In this document: piece after piece, positions 1 to 12,289 of the stretch
Position numbering within the stretch: the stretch's first letter is position 1
Layout of the letters: every line of letters starts with the position of its first letter
Source: Felis catus
Taxonomy: Eukaryota
Reading direction: 5' to 3'
Assembly: GCF_018350175.1 (NCBI RefSeq)
Contig: NC_058368.1
Span: forward strand, 148,864,001 to 148,928,000
DNA length: 64,000 bases
Translations under genes and position numbers: made by a program
The notes under the pieces: model-generated
The model's database searches: none
The model's input: the letters and a program-made list of their open reading frames with translations, nothing else
What the model was told of the DNA's origin: nothing

Positions 1-151
1 CTCCATTTAGAGATATGTTTTATTTGGGTACAGACTTATCTGTGATGTGTAGTGCATATATGCTGCTCCTAAGTTAATCACCAAAATGAATTTTTCCCTT
101 TTATTTTCTCTGAATATATTCATTGAGTTAAATTATGTTCCAAAGAATTTA

Positions 152-366
152 GGGACGCCTGATCGGCTCAGTCGGTTAAATGTCTGACTTCGGCTCAGGT
201 CATGATCTCAGAGTTCTTGAGTTCGAGCCCCACGTCGGGCTCTGTGCTAACAGCTCAGAGCCTGGAGCCTGTTTCAGATTCTGTGTCTCCCTCTCTCTCT
301 GCCCTTCCCCTGTTCACGTTCTGTCTCTGTCTCAAGAATAAATAAACATTAAAAAAAACCATTTTT
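152..366 (+). mobile_element. Can-SINE (SINEC_Fc-like, tRNA-derived)
   Basis: GGCTCAGTCGG A-box and GTTCGAGCCC B-box head, CT-rich tract, AATAAA/A tail; TSD caaagaattta 141-151/367-377. Confidence 0.95.
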
Positions 367-1706
367 CAAAGAATTTAAACTATTCACCAAGTTATCTAAA
401 CAGTGCAATGAAATGATATATTTTCAGTAATTTAACTTTACTCTGTATCCTTCAAAGTGTAAGTAGATAAATTAGACCAAGAATTAGAGACTTCAGTTTT
501 CTCTTTGTTCTTCAGATGGAGATTAAGAGGAGTGAAGAGTAATGGCTATTTTCTTTTTGGAAGTCAAATATTTCATAAGTCCCAGGATTCCCTATATAAC
601 TGAAATAATAGTGTCTTTCTAAAATAAGTTGTGCCACAGTGTATTTCTACTTGCCAATCTCATAAGGATAGGCTTCATGCTGTGAATTCAACTCAAACAT
701 AAGTGGTATGCGGGACACTTCAGCACAGTCACATAGCTAAGAACCAATTTCACAGTCGGAATTAAATGTTTCCTTTTAATGGTAATGAAATATGTACGTG
801 ATTACTATCATTTTTGGTAGTAAAATGTAGATTTTCAGCAGGAGGACAAAAGGATACTGTTTTTAATAAATTTAGTAGCTTTTGGCACCAAATGAACTAA
901 TAATTTTACATTGGATTTAGATAAAGTCTACTATCTCTTATGACTATTCTAATGTTGTTGACATTCTGCTTATTTAATATGTATGAATTATATAGCTGTA
1001 TCCCCAAACATAGTTTATCTTTGATTCATTTGATTATTCACTTGACTTGGTATTATACTTTTCCAAATTATTTTTTTTCTGGTATAGTTAAAATATTTTC
1101 ACTATTTAGCAATAGCACATTTTAATTTACTCATTTATAACCAACTACTACACACACTAAAAAATGAAACTTTTGAGATGTCTTTAAGTTTAAGTAATTA
1201 TTGTATTTTCATTGGTGGGGCAGGCAATAAAATCTCATCTTTCTCTCAAGGTCAAAAATAAATAAGAATCAAGATAACAGAGGGAGATCGAAATGTTAGA
1301 CTTAAGGATAAAATTTATTACAGAATGTGGTTTTAAATACATGGTCAATGAGACTTTTAATCATACAGAGGTGCTTTTTGGTCACCAGAGAAGTTGAACA
1401 ATTGCAGGGTATTCCCATACGATGAGAACTGGCCCTATTCTTACCATATAGTGGAGTGTTGACTAGGCTTTGCTCTTTCTGTGGGCCAACAGACCTGAAA
1501 ATAAGAAGCGTAGAAGTGGCTGAGCCAACTAGCATTAGTTCCTTATTAGAAATTCACCATCAGGGAGGAGTAAATTAGTAGTGGAAAGAGCTATTAACCT
1601 GGACCTTCTCCCTAGGAAACACGGGGCTATTAGAAAGGAGGCTCATGTAGCAGACAAGTTTTAGCAATTCCATCTAAATGAAAGAAAACTAGTTAAGATG
1701 TCAAAA

Positions 1707-1755
1707 GAGTTTGTAACTAACTAGCTTTTACATGAGTTTGTAACTAACTAGCTTT
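1707..1755. repeat. 22-bp direct repeat, period 27
   Basis: gagtttgtaactaactagcttt at 1707-1728 and 1734-1755. Confidence 0.9.
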
Positions 1756-1966
1756 GTGGTTTTGCCAAATTATAACTCATTATGTTAACTATTTATCTTT
1801 TAAAACAGATATAACAGTACATGTTCTACCCATCACAGCACATTTCCTACTGGTTTATTAGTAAAATAAAGTTGTATATGTTATACACAATAGTGCATTG
1901 GTTTCTTGCATATAGGTCTTATGTCCAAGATTGAAGCTGCCAATATTGCATAGAAGTAATCATGCA

Positions 1967-2167
1967 GGAGTGCCTGGGTGACTCAGGCGGTTGAGCATCC
2001 AACTTCAGCTTAGGTCATGATCTGACGGTTCTTGAGTTTGAGCCCCGACTCAGGATCTGTGTTGACAGCTCAGAGCCTGAAGTCTGCTTCACATTCTGTC
2101 TCCCTCTCTCTCTACTCTCCCCTCTTCGTACTCTGTCTCTGTCTCAAAAATAAACATTATTTTTTTT
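1967..2167 (+). mobile_element. Can-SINE
   Basis: Typical head, body and tail; degenerate TSD aagtaatcatgca/aaataatcatgta. Confidence 0.93.
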
Positions 2168-2394
2168 AAATAATCATGTAAAAATTGAAAATAAACTGGG
2201 GAAGGAGAATAGCTGAGTAAAATGTAATTCAAAGCAATTATAGATGTAGGTACATTTGAGGCAAGAGTTGAGATCTGTTTTCCATTGATTTTTTGATATT
2301 ATGAATAATGATTCTCACTAGTATATGATTTTTCCATAAGGAAATTAAATTTACTATATATCTTTTCAGTAATTGTAATCATTGAAAACATGAC

Positions 2395-2890
2395 TTTCTA
2401 TTCATACATTAAAAAATAGAAAGAAAGAAGGAAGGAAAAAAGGAAAGGAGAGGAAAGGAAAGGAAAGGAAAGGAGAGGAAAGGAAAGGAAAGGAAAGGAA
2501 AGGAAAGGAAAGGAAAGGAAAGGAAAGGAAAGGAAAGGAAAGGAAAAAAAAAACGTGCCATTTGCGATAACATGGACGGATCTTGAGGGCATTATACTAG
2601 TTGGAATCAGTTAGAAAGAGAAAGACAAATGCTGTATAATCTCACTTACATGTGGAATCTAAAAGAAAAAGCCAGACTTATAAAAACTGAGAGCAGATTG
2701 GTGGTTCCCAGAGGCAGGGGTTGGGGAAATGGGAGAATTAATTAAACGTGGTCACAAGGTATAAACTTCTAGTTACCTATGAGTAAGTTCTGGAGTATAA
2801 TTAATGTACCATATGATGAATACAGTTAACAGTATTTCATTGTATATTCATAAGTGGCTATGAGAGTAGATTTTAAAGTTCTCGTTACAA
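2395..2890 (+). mobile_element. Old LINE-1 3' end fragment (L1MA-like), containing a (GGAAA)n expansion
   Basis: gccatttgcgataacatggacggatcttgagggcattatact...gacaaatgctgtataatctcacttacatgtggaatctaaaa matches the L1 ORF2 end/3'UTR. Confidence 0.85.
2420..2546. repeat. (GGAAA)n pentanucleotide microsatellite
   Basis: About 20 near-perfect GGAAA units. Confidence 0.97.
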
Positions 2891-3114
2891 TTGTCAGACA
2901 TAATGGCTGACCTTATTTCAGGAGAAATCTCTTACTTATTCCAGTTTACATTACTCCACGTGAGTTAATTTCTCTCTTATCCATCTACTCAGGATATGTA
3001 AGAAGGTTCACTAAGGAAGAATGGAAGAAAAAACTTGTCTCTCCTTTTTTTATTTATTCTCTTCTAAGAAAAGAGGGAAATGTAGCTAATCAAAAAGGTG
3101 AGAGTTATTGACCT

Positions 3115-3500
3115 GTTTTGGTTTTAGATCTTTCCTCAAATAAAGTCTGACAAAGATTTGAGTGCAGGGAGTTTCCTTGAGAGGTGTTCTCAGGACACAG
3201 AAGCTAGATAGTAAGGACAGTATCACAGGGACAGAAGAAAAGCTAATAAAGTTTATATTAATAAGCTGGTGGCAGGTGTGGGGAAGTGAGCCTCAGCCTA
3301 GGGAGAATGCTCTGAAAAACTGTGTAGAATGTACTTCATACAGGACAGAAAGGATGGCATTCACCCTTCAGGGCTTGCTCCGGGAGGCTTTCTCCTTACA
3401 CCTCTAGGGTGGGCCTTACGTGTAGTCCAGGGGCAGCAAAGCAAGGACTCTTTAGTGTTTGATGATAGCAGTCAGCACAGAACTGTCGACCACATCTATA
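3115..3500 (-). mobile_element. Degenerate ERVL solo LTR (LTR16/LTR41-like)
   Basis: ctgacaaagatttgagtgcagggagtttccttgagaggtgttctcagga resembles the reverse 3' end of LTR16-type LTRs. Confidence 0.55.
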
Positions 3501-3904
3501 CTGAAATTAGGCTGAGGGAATATGTTCCAGTACACTGTAAGTGTTTGACACAAGGCATCACTTCTGCAAGGGATCTAAGTAATGATTGCACTGAAAGACA
3601 GGACCAATTATCCTTGTTTTTATTCTATTTCATATTTTCTGCCCCTGTTCCAGTTGAACTTTAGTTCGGGGGTGGGGGGTTGTTGGAAAGTGAATGGGAG
3701 GCCTATGTCTAAGCCGGTCTCTTCCAACACAGTTTTCCTAGTTGTCTGAGTTTGGGAAGTTATCAAGAAATTGGATAGTCTTAATAGAGTGCTTTGGGTC
3801 TCATTTTCATACTGATCCTTATGTTTCCCAGATAGGTTGAAACCCAAAGGGAAAGAGGAGGTGAAACATCCATAATAATGATTCTTATGCATCTGATAAA
3901 TGCT

Positions 3905-3985
3905 ATCATTTAGTAATTTTGCAACCTGGAAGTTATCTAATTTGAATCTTAGTTTCCTCATTAATAACATTGGAATAATATATGT
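3905..3985 (+). mobile_element. MIR core fragment
   Basis: aagttatctaatttgaatcttagtttcctcattaataacattggaataata, MIR-core-like. Confidence 0.55.
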
Positions 3986-4064
3986 GTGTATATATTATAT
4001 TGTACATATTCTGAAATCTAATGCTAATATGAGATATAAGATATAATAATTTGTGAATATATAT

Positions 4065-4535
4065 ATGAATCAGGTTTATGATAACGATCCAAAAAATAAG
4101 TGCCTAAAAAAGGTAGAATGTTATCTCTAATATAACTGTCAGCAAATCAGTGCTTGAGGACACCTATGGCATGTGGGATCCATAAAGTGCTCTCATATTT
4201 CTTTCTCTTGTTCTTGTATTACACTGGCTTCCATTCACAGAAAAGTTTTATGGGCTAAGAGGAGTTCTCCAAATTAAGCCATCATAAATATACTCTGCAC
4301 AGGAGAGAGAGGAAAAAAACAAAGAAGTAGGGCAAAGGCTCATGCTGGTTGTTGAATAAGAAAGATTCACACAATACTATTTTCATCACATGGTTCAAAA
4401 TTTTGTCATTTGGTCATACCTTAGCTGTAAATGAAGCTGGGAAATGCTGTTCTTCTTTTGGGCAACAATGTTTCCAGCAAACATTTATGAGTTCTGTAAA
4501 AATGGAAGAAAGACTACATAATTTAGCTACCACAA
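4065..4535 (-). mobile_element. MaLR LTR (MLT1J/K-like)
   Basis: tggtcataccttagctgtaaatgaagctgggaaatg and terminal ...ctaccaca resemble MLT1J/K. Confidence 0.6.
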
Positions 4536-4574
4536 TGAACCTGATAATATTGATATGAGGAGCAAACGGGTAAA

Positions 4575-4628
4575 AACTTATGAATGACTTAACATAACTT
4601 ATGAATGACTTAACATAATGACTTAACA
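4575..4628. repeat. 21-bp tandem duplication plus partial third copy
   Basis: aacttatgaatgacttaacat x2 then aatgacttaaca. Confidence 0.9.
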
Positions 4629-5695
4629 GGGTCTGTCACAAAGGAGAAATGTAATGTAGCTTATTTTAATAGTCATCATTATCTTCATCATTGTCAATTA
4701 TTAAAAGTTTTTGTTCAGGCGGATCTAAATAAGCCAATCGTTTTATGAGTATGCTGATAATTTGAGTCTTGTGCCTATGATTCATTGTTATCAAAGAAAA
4801 ATACAAAAAAAGAAGAATCTTGATTAAATAGTTTATATATTCAGTCTCACATTATTTTTCTTTGATTAACAATATATTTGTGTATGTTTTATTTTGTTTA
4901 AATATTAGGTAAGATGTTAAAATATTCTCCCAGCTCTTCTTACTACATATAGAATTTCTATCAGCCCTAGTAAGCTGAGATATATTTTAGAAACATTTTA
5001 GAAACATGCATATTAATATTCTGTTCAGATTTGTTACTTTATAGACATTTTGTAACAATATAAGGTGAATTTTTATCAATCCATAATTTTTCATTTTTAT
5101 GAAATTTATTCCATCATCATAGCTCTTTGTTTAAACCTTTAAAATATTTTTTGAAGTTTTTGATCTGGTTTCAGAAATAAGTGCCTTATTCTTTAAATCT
5201 GAAGAGTAATTTAATTGGTAATTATAGTAATTACCCACATATATAGTGTTCCAAGTCTAGATAACCAGCGTTAGCAAATTGGACCCTAGTAAGCTCTAAA
5301 ATCTTAAAAAAGAAATGGATACACTTTTATGTCTAAGATTAACATTTAAATAATATGATGTTAGAAAAATACTTTTGAAAAGGTCTTTGAGTTCTATTCT
5401 TTTGAGGCCTTTAAACCTCATGGTTTCTATTCTCTATCTTTCTACCATATTAACAAAAACAGTAATATTTGTGAATTAACCAAGAGAGTTTGCATGTTTT
5501 TCTTTCAACATAAGGCAATCTTTTTAGCAGGCTAACAACATTTGTATTCATCATCTTAGGTGAGCTCTGATGAGTTGTTTAAACTGGAAACTTGCCCTTT
5601 GAGTCTGTCTGAACAGGAAAAAAAAACATAATCAATAAGTCAACATGTGTGGAGAAAGAGAGGGTTCTGCTGACAGTTTCTCAAAACAAACTTTA

Positions 5696-5937
5696 GGGGT
5701 GTCTGGGTGCCTCCGTCGGTTAAGTGTGGATTCTTGGTTTTGGCTCAGGTCACGATCTCACGGTTCGTGGGTTTGAGCCCCTTGTGAGGCTCTGTGCTGA
5801 CAGCACATAGCCTACTTGGGATACTCTCTCTCCCTCTCTCTCTGCCTCTCTCTCTCTCTTTCTGCTCCTCCTTTGCTTGTGCTCTCTCTCTCGCAAAAGA
5901 AATAAATAAACTTAAAAAAATAAAAATAAAATAAAAA
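5696..5937 (+). mobile_element. Can-SINE (older subfamily)
   Basis: Head, CT tract and A-rich tail; ttcttggttttggctcagg older-type variant. Confidence 0.92.
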
Positions 5938-6499
5938 CATAGTTCATAAACCAAAAAGAAAAAACATTCTCAAGACTTATTTACTAATAATTCATGAGCC
6001 TTCCACATAGTCACCAAAGAGATGTTTCTAGATTATTACGTGCATATATGAAAATTTATGGGCTCCTACCCTCATTTTATCTTTTATGAATGTTCTTCAT
6101 GTCACTATTAAGCTACATTTACCTTCATAAAATTTGTGGATTATGGAATGTGTTAAGAGAAACTGCTCTGAGTGTCACAGACTCTGCAATGCCTACAGGC
6201 AGCTTGGTTTTTGACATCTGGTGCAATCTTGAAAGATAAATATCACACTCTTCTCCTAATCCCTCACTTAAAACAAGTACAGTTACAGTTACTTGTTTCT
6301 TTCTGTATACCAGACATTGTAGTAAGGTTTATACAGAGTAGATCTCAATTCAGTGCCTGTGACTCATTGGGTCTCTTTTTCCCCTTTTCAGCCAAATGCT
6401 GAAAAGTCAGTCACTTTTATTTGCAACCTCTTCATTTCTGCCCAATCACACCTTACCCACTGTGATCTGATTGCCAGCTCAAGGACAAAACAAAAACAG

Positions 6500-6730
6500 G
6501 GTTTTTTTTTTGTTTTTTCTTTTTAATGTTTTTTAATTTATTTTTGAGACAAGGAGAGACAGAGCATGAGCAGGGGAGGGGCAGAGAGAGAGGGAGACAC
6601 AGAATCTGAAGCAGGTTCCAGGATCTGAGCTGTCAGCACAGAGCCCTAGGCGGGGCTTGAATTCATGGACTGCGAGATCATGACCTAAGCCGAAGTCAGA
6701 CGCCCAACCGACTGAGCCACCCAGCACCCC
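6500..6730 (-). mobile_element. Can-SINE
   Basis: Reverse SINE; TSD aaaacaaaaacag 6487-6499/6731-6743. Confidence 0.95.
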
Positions 6731-6759
6731 AAAACAAAAACAGTTTTGTTGAAGGTACA

Positions 6760-7145
6760 ATAACATCCTAGTTGCCAAATTAAAGAGGGGAAATTTTGGT
6801 CCTTTACAGGATCTCTCTGATGCATATGACACTGTTAATCACTTATAATTAACTTGTCTATGCACTTGATCCTTCCATATGCTTGTGGATCTACTTTCCA
6901 TCTTTATATTTTCTTTGCCTGCCTGTTAGACTCCTAATCTTCTATTAAATGAAATATTTCTGATCTCCAGGAGCCTCTATTCTATAAGCATGATATGAAT
7001 CATTTAATCTATTCTCATTATTTTAGTTCTTTTTCATATACTTGTCATTTCTAAATTTATGATCCAGATCACCTCTCCCTCAAGTTTCAGAATTAAATAT
7101 CTAAATCTCTTCTTTGTATTTTTCAATAGCATCTACTTCAAAACT
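6760..7145 (+). mobile_element. LINE-2 fragment (RT region)
   Basis: cag gat ctc tct gat gca tat gac act gtt aat cac = QDLSDAYDTVNH, matching the L2/CR1 RT motif LDLSAAFDTVDH. Confidence 0.65.
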
Positions 7146-7602
7146 TAACTTATTGGCAAAAAATAAAAATACTAATAGAATCAAGCATTGGTAGATGAGG
7201 AGCACTGCAACTCTAATGTCCTGCTGGTGGGAATATAATATGCTGCAACCGCTTTAGGAAACCTCTAGAATATTATTATAAATTTAAACATATACTAATT
7301 AAATGACCTGCAGTTAGTACTCTAAATACTCACCAAGGGGCACAAATATATCCACACAAAGCTTTATACATGGATATACAAAACAGCCTTACTTGTAATG
7401 CAAAAGCTGGAAACAACTCTAATATCCACTAATAGATGAATGGATAAAAAAATTGTGGTATATGCATCCAATGGAGTTTTGCTAAGTTGTAAAAAAGGGA
7501 ATACACAATTGATAACTCAGATATATGTCTGAATATCAAATACATACATTAAGAGAAAAAAAGATAGGCACAGTGCATACTAAATGGTTCCCTTTATAAA
7601 AC

Positions 7603-7622
7603 ATTTTTTTTAATGAAATTTA

Positions 7623-7660
<38 letters not shown>

Positions 7661-7786
7661 CCCAAGCAGGCTCCATACTGTCAGTGTGAGAGCCCAACAT
7701 GGGACTCGAACTCAAAAACCATGAGATCAATGACCTGAGCTGAGATCAAGAGTTGGATGCTTAACAGATGGAGCCCCCCAGGCACC
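7603..7786 (-). mobile_element. Can-SINE (older subfamily), fused head-to-head with the next SINE
   Basis: (GA)n, cccaagcaggctcc..., gagatcaagagttggatgcttaac...ccaggcacc. Confidence 0.92.
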
Positions 7787-7958
7787 CAGGTGGCTCAGTT
7801 CATTAACTGTCTCACTTCGACTCAGGTCATCTTCTCATGGCAGTGGGTTTGAGCCCCATGTCAGGCTCTGTGCTGAGAGCTCTGAGCCTGGAGCCTGGAG
7901 CCTGCTTCAGATACTGTGTCTCCCTCTCTGTCTGCCCCTCCCCCACTCATGGGTGCAT

Positions 7959-8005
<47 letters not shown>

Positions 8006-8038
8006 AATAAATAAACATTAAAAATTAAAAAAAAAAGA
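7781..8038 (+). mobile_element. Can-SINE
   Basis: ggcacccaggtggctcagtt...(CT)n...aaataaataaacattaaaa. Confidence 0.92.
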
Positions 8039-8962
8039 AATCCTAGAAATTGTAAATCTAATCTATAGTGACACAATATGGGTCAATACTTACCTGTTGC
8101 TAGAAGTTAAGGGAAATTGACTGTAAACTGACAGGAGGAAACTTTTAAGATAGTTAACTTTTATTTATTATATGCTATTATATCTCAATAAAAATGATTT
8201 AAAAGTTGAATTCATTGGTATCCTATCTCAGGTCAATTTTTTTTTCATTTGCTGGGTTAACCTCATGATGACCCCACAATTTACAGTTACCCAGGACAAT
8301 GTGCCCTAACTCCATTCTGTCTTTGGTCTACATCCAATTGCCAAAGTCTTCCCTCTATGCCGTATGAGTATTTTCTAGATGTGTCAACCCTCCATCTTTA
8401 AACCCTTTCTTCTGAAGACAGTTCTTTTGAGGTACACACTCGTTTGATTTATATGGAACTGACACTTACCCTTGCTCATCACATTTAGACAGAGCCTATT
8501 ATAATGCCTTATCAAATTGATAAATGTGGTTCTATTTGGAGAAATTAAACCTATATTTACCACCTCTTTCCCTGTTTTATTGGAATTATTCAAAAGAGGC
8601 ATTACCTTTACATGAGAATTATATCCAGATAGGAAAATGTCGCTCCAGAACTTGTGAAAAATGTTGACATTCAATAAATAAAATATAATTCCTTCCCTCA
8701 GATTTCAGAATTAATAGAGAAACAAGACATTGGACACATTGAAGTAAAGATCAATATTCCATATTCATTATTGATAGGCCTGTTTGGAGAATATGACCTC
8801 AGCAGTGCTGTCAAATAGGTTTGCTAGTACTTGCACACAATTAGATTTACCTGCCCAGGCATTGGCACCTTTGTACAACTGAATTACAGTCCTTCCATAA
8901 AAGACCAGAGACTGCCACAGTGAAATAATGATAAAATAAAACAAAGTAGAATGAACCTTTTC

Positions 8963-9250
8963 TGTGGTAGACAGATATGAAAGGGAGAGGTTACTGGAGT
9001 GGGCATCTTCAATTCCTTCTTGCTGGAACATTTGTTAAGTAAGTCCCTCCTCCCTTGGGGAAAAAGTTAATAGAATGTGGAGATAATATGGAAGTATTCC
9101 TCCCATATGTCACCCCATTGAGGATATTAAAATATGAAGTATGGGGAATAAATGCCCCAGCTCAAATTATTCTCTCTGACCCTCTTCCTGGCATGCAAGA
9201 GAAAGGAATAACCCACATGGGAATGAAGCCATCACACCCCCATGGTCTTC
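8963..9250 (+). mobile_element. Possible ERVL LTR fragment (LTR16-like)
   Basis: Starts tgtggtagac; ggggaataaatgccccagctc motif. Confidence 0.35.
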
Positions 9251-9254
9251 TGTT

Positions 9255-9753
9255 AAGTTTCTCAAGTTCCACATATGAGTGAAAACATGTATCTGTCTTT
9301 CTATGACTGACTTATTTCACTTAACATAATACCCTCCAGTTCCATTCACATTGGCATGATTTCATTCTTTCTCATTGCCAACTAGTATTCCATTGTATAT
9401 ATAAACCACATCTTCTTCATCCTTTCGTCAGTTGATGGACATTTAGGCTCTTTCCCTAATTTGGCTACTGTTGAAAGCTGCTATAAACCTTGTGGTACAT
9501 GTGTTCCTATGAATCTGCACTCTTGTATCCTTTGGATAAGGTCATAGTAGTGCTATTGTTAGGCCATAGGGTAGTTCTATTTTTAACTTTTTGAGGAACT
9601 TCCACACTGTTTCCCAGTGTGGCTGCATCAGTTTGTATTCCCAACAACAGTGCAAGAGGGTTCCCGTTTCTCCACATTTTCACAAGCATCTGTTGTTTCC
9701 TGAGTTGTTAATTTTAGCCACTCAGCCTGTGGTAAGGTGGTATCTCAATGTGG
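9255..9753 (-). mobile_element. Carnivore L1 fragment (ORF2 C-terminus/3'UTR start)
   Basis: Reverse of the L1 cysteine-rich end; ttccacatatgagtgaaa..., ttttgaggaacttccacactgtt. Confidence 0.93.
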
Positions 9754-10620
9754 AATTTAGGATCTAGTCTCATGTTGCACACACAGAACTGAGTGCCCTT
9801 TATTGAGAGGTTTTCAAGGAATTTTGATGGTGATATTACTACCAGCACTTCACATTCTGCACCTTCAGGATCTCCATGGCCACTGTGAAAAATTAAGTTT
9901 AGGTTAAGCAGTAAATGTTCTTTGAATATTGAATTTAGTATGAGATGTATTAAATGTAATTTAAAATAAACTTTAATAAATTGAGAGTATAAAAATGAAG
10001 GGCAAAGCAGATAAAGAAATATGATAAATAATGTAACTGTTTCTAAATCTACATCTAGTATAGAGACGAAAGCATACTAAAGATCACCTTGGATGCTTAA
10101 TCTAATCAGCATATATAAAGTCATGCACCAAGAATTTAGAGAATATGTGTAATTTCAAGCAAAAATATAATACTTTTATCACATTGCCATATACTGTACT
10201 AGATCACTAAGCACACATTTCAATGAAACCAAAATATCAATACCATGCAGACCACATACTCTAACAGATCAGGAATGAACTTAACTAGCAAAATGATGCC
10301 ACTTCCTTGTGGAGTAAACATTTAGTGTGGTATGATGGAGATGACATTAAAAATCAAGGAGAAAGGATGGACCCTTTGATAAATTGCACTGGTAAAAGTG
10401 TCTGCCACCTAGATAGAAGAAAATAGATTCCCCATCTCATTCTGAAAACAAGGTCCAGATGGATTGAAGATAAAAATGTAAACAGCAAAACTTTATCAAC
10501 TTACTAGAATATAGAACACAATGTATTTCTGACCCTTTCTAAGGGAGGATGTCTTAACCAAGGATTAAATGCATAAGTAAGAAAGGAAAATATTGATTTA
10601 TTTCAAAATATTAACAGTTA

Positions 10621-10910
10621 GGTCAAAGAGGTTGCTGCCTGTTTTCTCCTGTAGGATTTTGATGGTTTCCTGTCTTAACATTTAGGTCTTTCATCCATTT
10701 GGAGTTTATTTTTGTTTATGGTGTAAGAAAGTGGTCTAACTTCATTCTTCTGAATGTCACTGTCCAGTTCTCCCAGCACCATTTGCTAAAATGGCTGTCT
10801 TTTTTCCATTGGATACTCTTTTCTCCTTTGTTGAAGATTAGTTGGCCATATATTTGTGGGTCTATTTCTGCTTCTGTATTCTAATCCATTGATCTATGTG
10901 TGTTTTTGTG
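10621..10910 (-). mobile_element. Inverted 5' segment of a felid L1 insertion (ORF2)
   Basis: Reverse complement aligns by eye to 42738-43032 of the L1 in this window. Confidence 0.92.
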
Positions 10911-11185
10911 CATATGTGGAATTTGAGAAACTCAACAGATGAACATAGAGAAAGGGAAGAAAAAATAAGATAAGAACAGAGGGAGGCAAATCATAAGAGA
11001 CTCTTAAGTACAGAGAATCAATGGAGGGTTGCTGGAGGGGAGGTGGGTGAGGGAATGTGTTAAATGGGCAATGGGCATTAAGGAGGGCACTTTTTGGGAT
11101 GAGTACTCTGAATCACTGAGTTCGACTCCTGAAGCCAAGACTACACTGTATGTTAACTAACTTGAATTTAAAGAAAAAGGATACA
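10911..11185 (+). mobile_element. Felid L1 3'UTR/tail, abutting the inverted segment
   Basis: atatgtggaatttgagaaac...cataagagactctta...gttaactaacttgaatttaaa, homologous to 44131-44360. Confidence 0.92.
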
Positions 11186-12104
11186 AATTTATTAAAAATT
11201 AAAATTTGTAAAAACTTAGGGAGAATGTTTTGCAATAGATCCATGTATGGAATTTATTTAAATTACTTTATTAAAAATTAAACAAAAAACTTCCACAGTT
11301 CAATGAGTAAAGACAGTGAACTCAATGGAACATGGATAAAGAATATTCAAGCAAGTCACAGAAGCAGAACTATGATGGCTAATCAATATATGAAATATAT
11401 ATGTATACTCAAGCACAATAGTAATAAGGATAAAGAAAAACTAACCAGTAAGTTTCCTTTTCACATCCATCACACTGACAAACATGTAAAGTCCATTAAT
11501 ATTAGTTATAAGTAAGGATGTAAGGGAATAGAATCCCTCATTCACTGTTCATAGAAATAAAATTGGAATGACTACCTAGAAAAACAGTATTTAGAAGAGT
11601 TCAATATGTGCATTTTGTTTACCCCAGCAATTCTGACCCTAGATTTTAGAGCAATTCTCATACATGTATACAGGAGACAAGTGCAGATCTTTTATTGCAG
11701 TATTGTTTGTAATGGCAAAAACCTGGAAAAAATTAAATGTCTTTCAATAAAGTAACAAATAAACTCTGGTATATTCATATAGTATTATTCCATAAATCAG
11801 TTAACAAGAATAAACTACATCTATAAGTATCAAGAAGGCTAATCTCAAAAACATAATGCTGACAGAAAATAGAAAATTGCAAAAGAATATTTACAGTATG
11901 ATAGCAATTATGTAAATTTTATAAACACACAGAATAGTACTATATATTTTAGGGGACATAAATAGGTAGTGAAAAATAAAATCATGCTTAGAGAGAATAA
12001 ACAACTTCAGGATAATGGTTCAAGCAGAGAAGAAAAGAGTGAGATAAGGCAGACACTTTAGCTAGTTCTGTAATATTTTATATTTTATTTAAAATATGAG
12101 GCAA

Positions 12105-12289
12105 GGGGCACCTGCATGGCTCAGTTTGTTAAGTGTCAAACTCTTGATTTCAGCTGAGGTCATGATCTCACAGTTCATGAGACTGAGTCCTGTGTCAACC
12201 TGCTTGGGATTCTCTCTCTCACTCTCTGCCCCTCCCCTGCTCCTTCTTTCTCTCTCTCTCTCTCTATCTCAAAATAAAATAAGCTTTAA
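12105..12289 (+). mobile_element. Can-SINE with internal deletion
   Basis: Degenerate TSD aaaatatgaggcaa/aaaacatgagacaa. Confidence 0.92.

Larger units (their letters stand above)
7150..8202 (+). mobile_element. Old L1 3' end (L1ME/MB-like), interrupted by the SINE pair at 7603-8038
   Basis: gctggtgggaatataa...ctggaaacaactc..atccactaatagatgaatggataaaaaattgtggtatatgcatccaatgga; ends tatctcaataaaa. Confidence 0.8.

Noticed and set aside
2398..2592. FPFLS-repeat ORF
   Set aside because: Translation of the (TTTCC)n microsatellite.
1707..4628. Short direct repeats as a CRISPR-like array
   Set aside because: Only 2-3 copies, no unique spacers, no cas genes, and a mammalian context.
8384..8674. 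96-aa minus ORF containing a strong donor AGG|GTAAGT near 8469
   Set aside because: No convincing polypyrimidine acceptor and no recognisable protein similarity.
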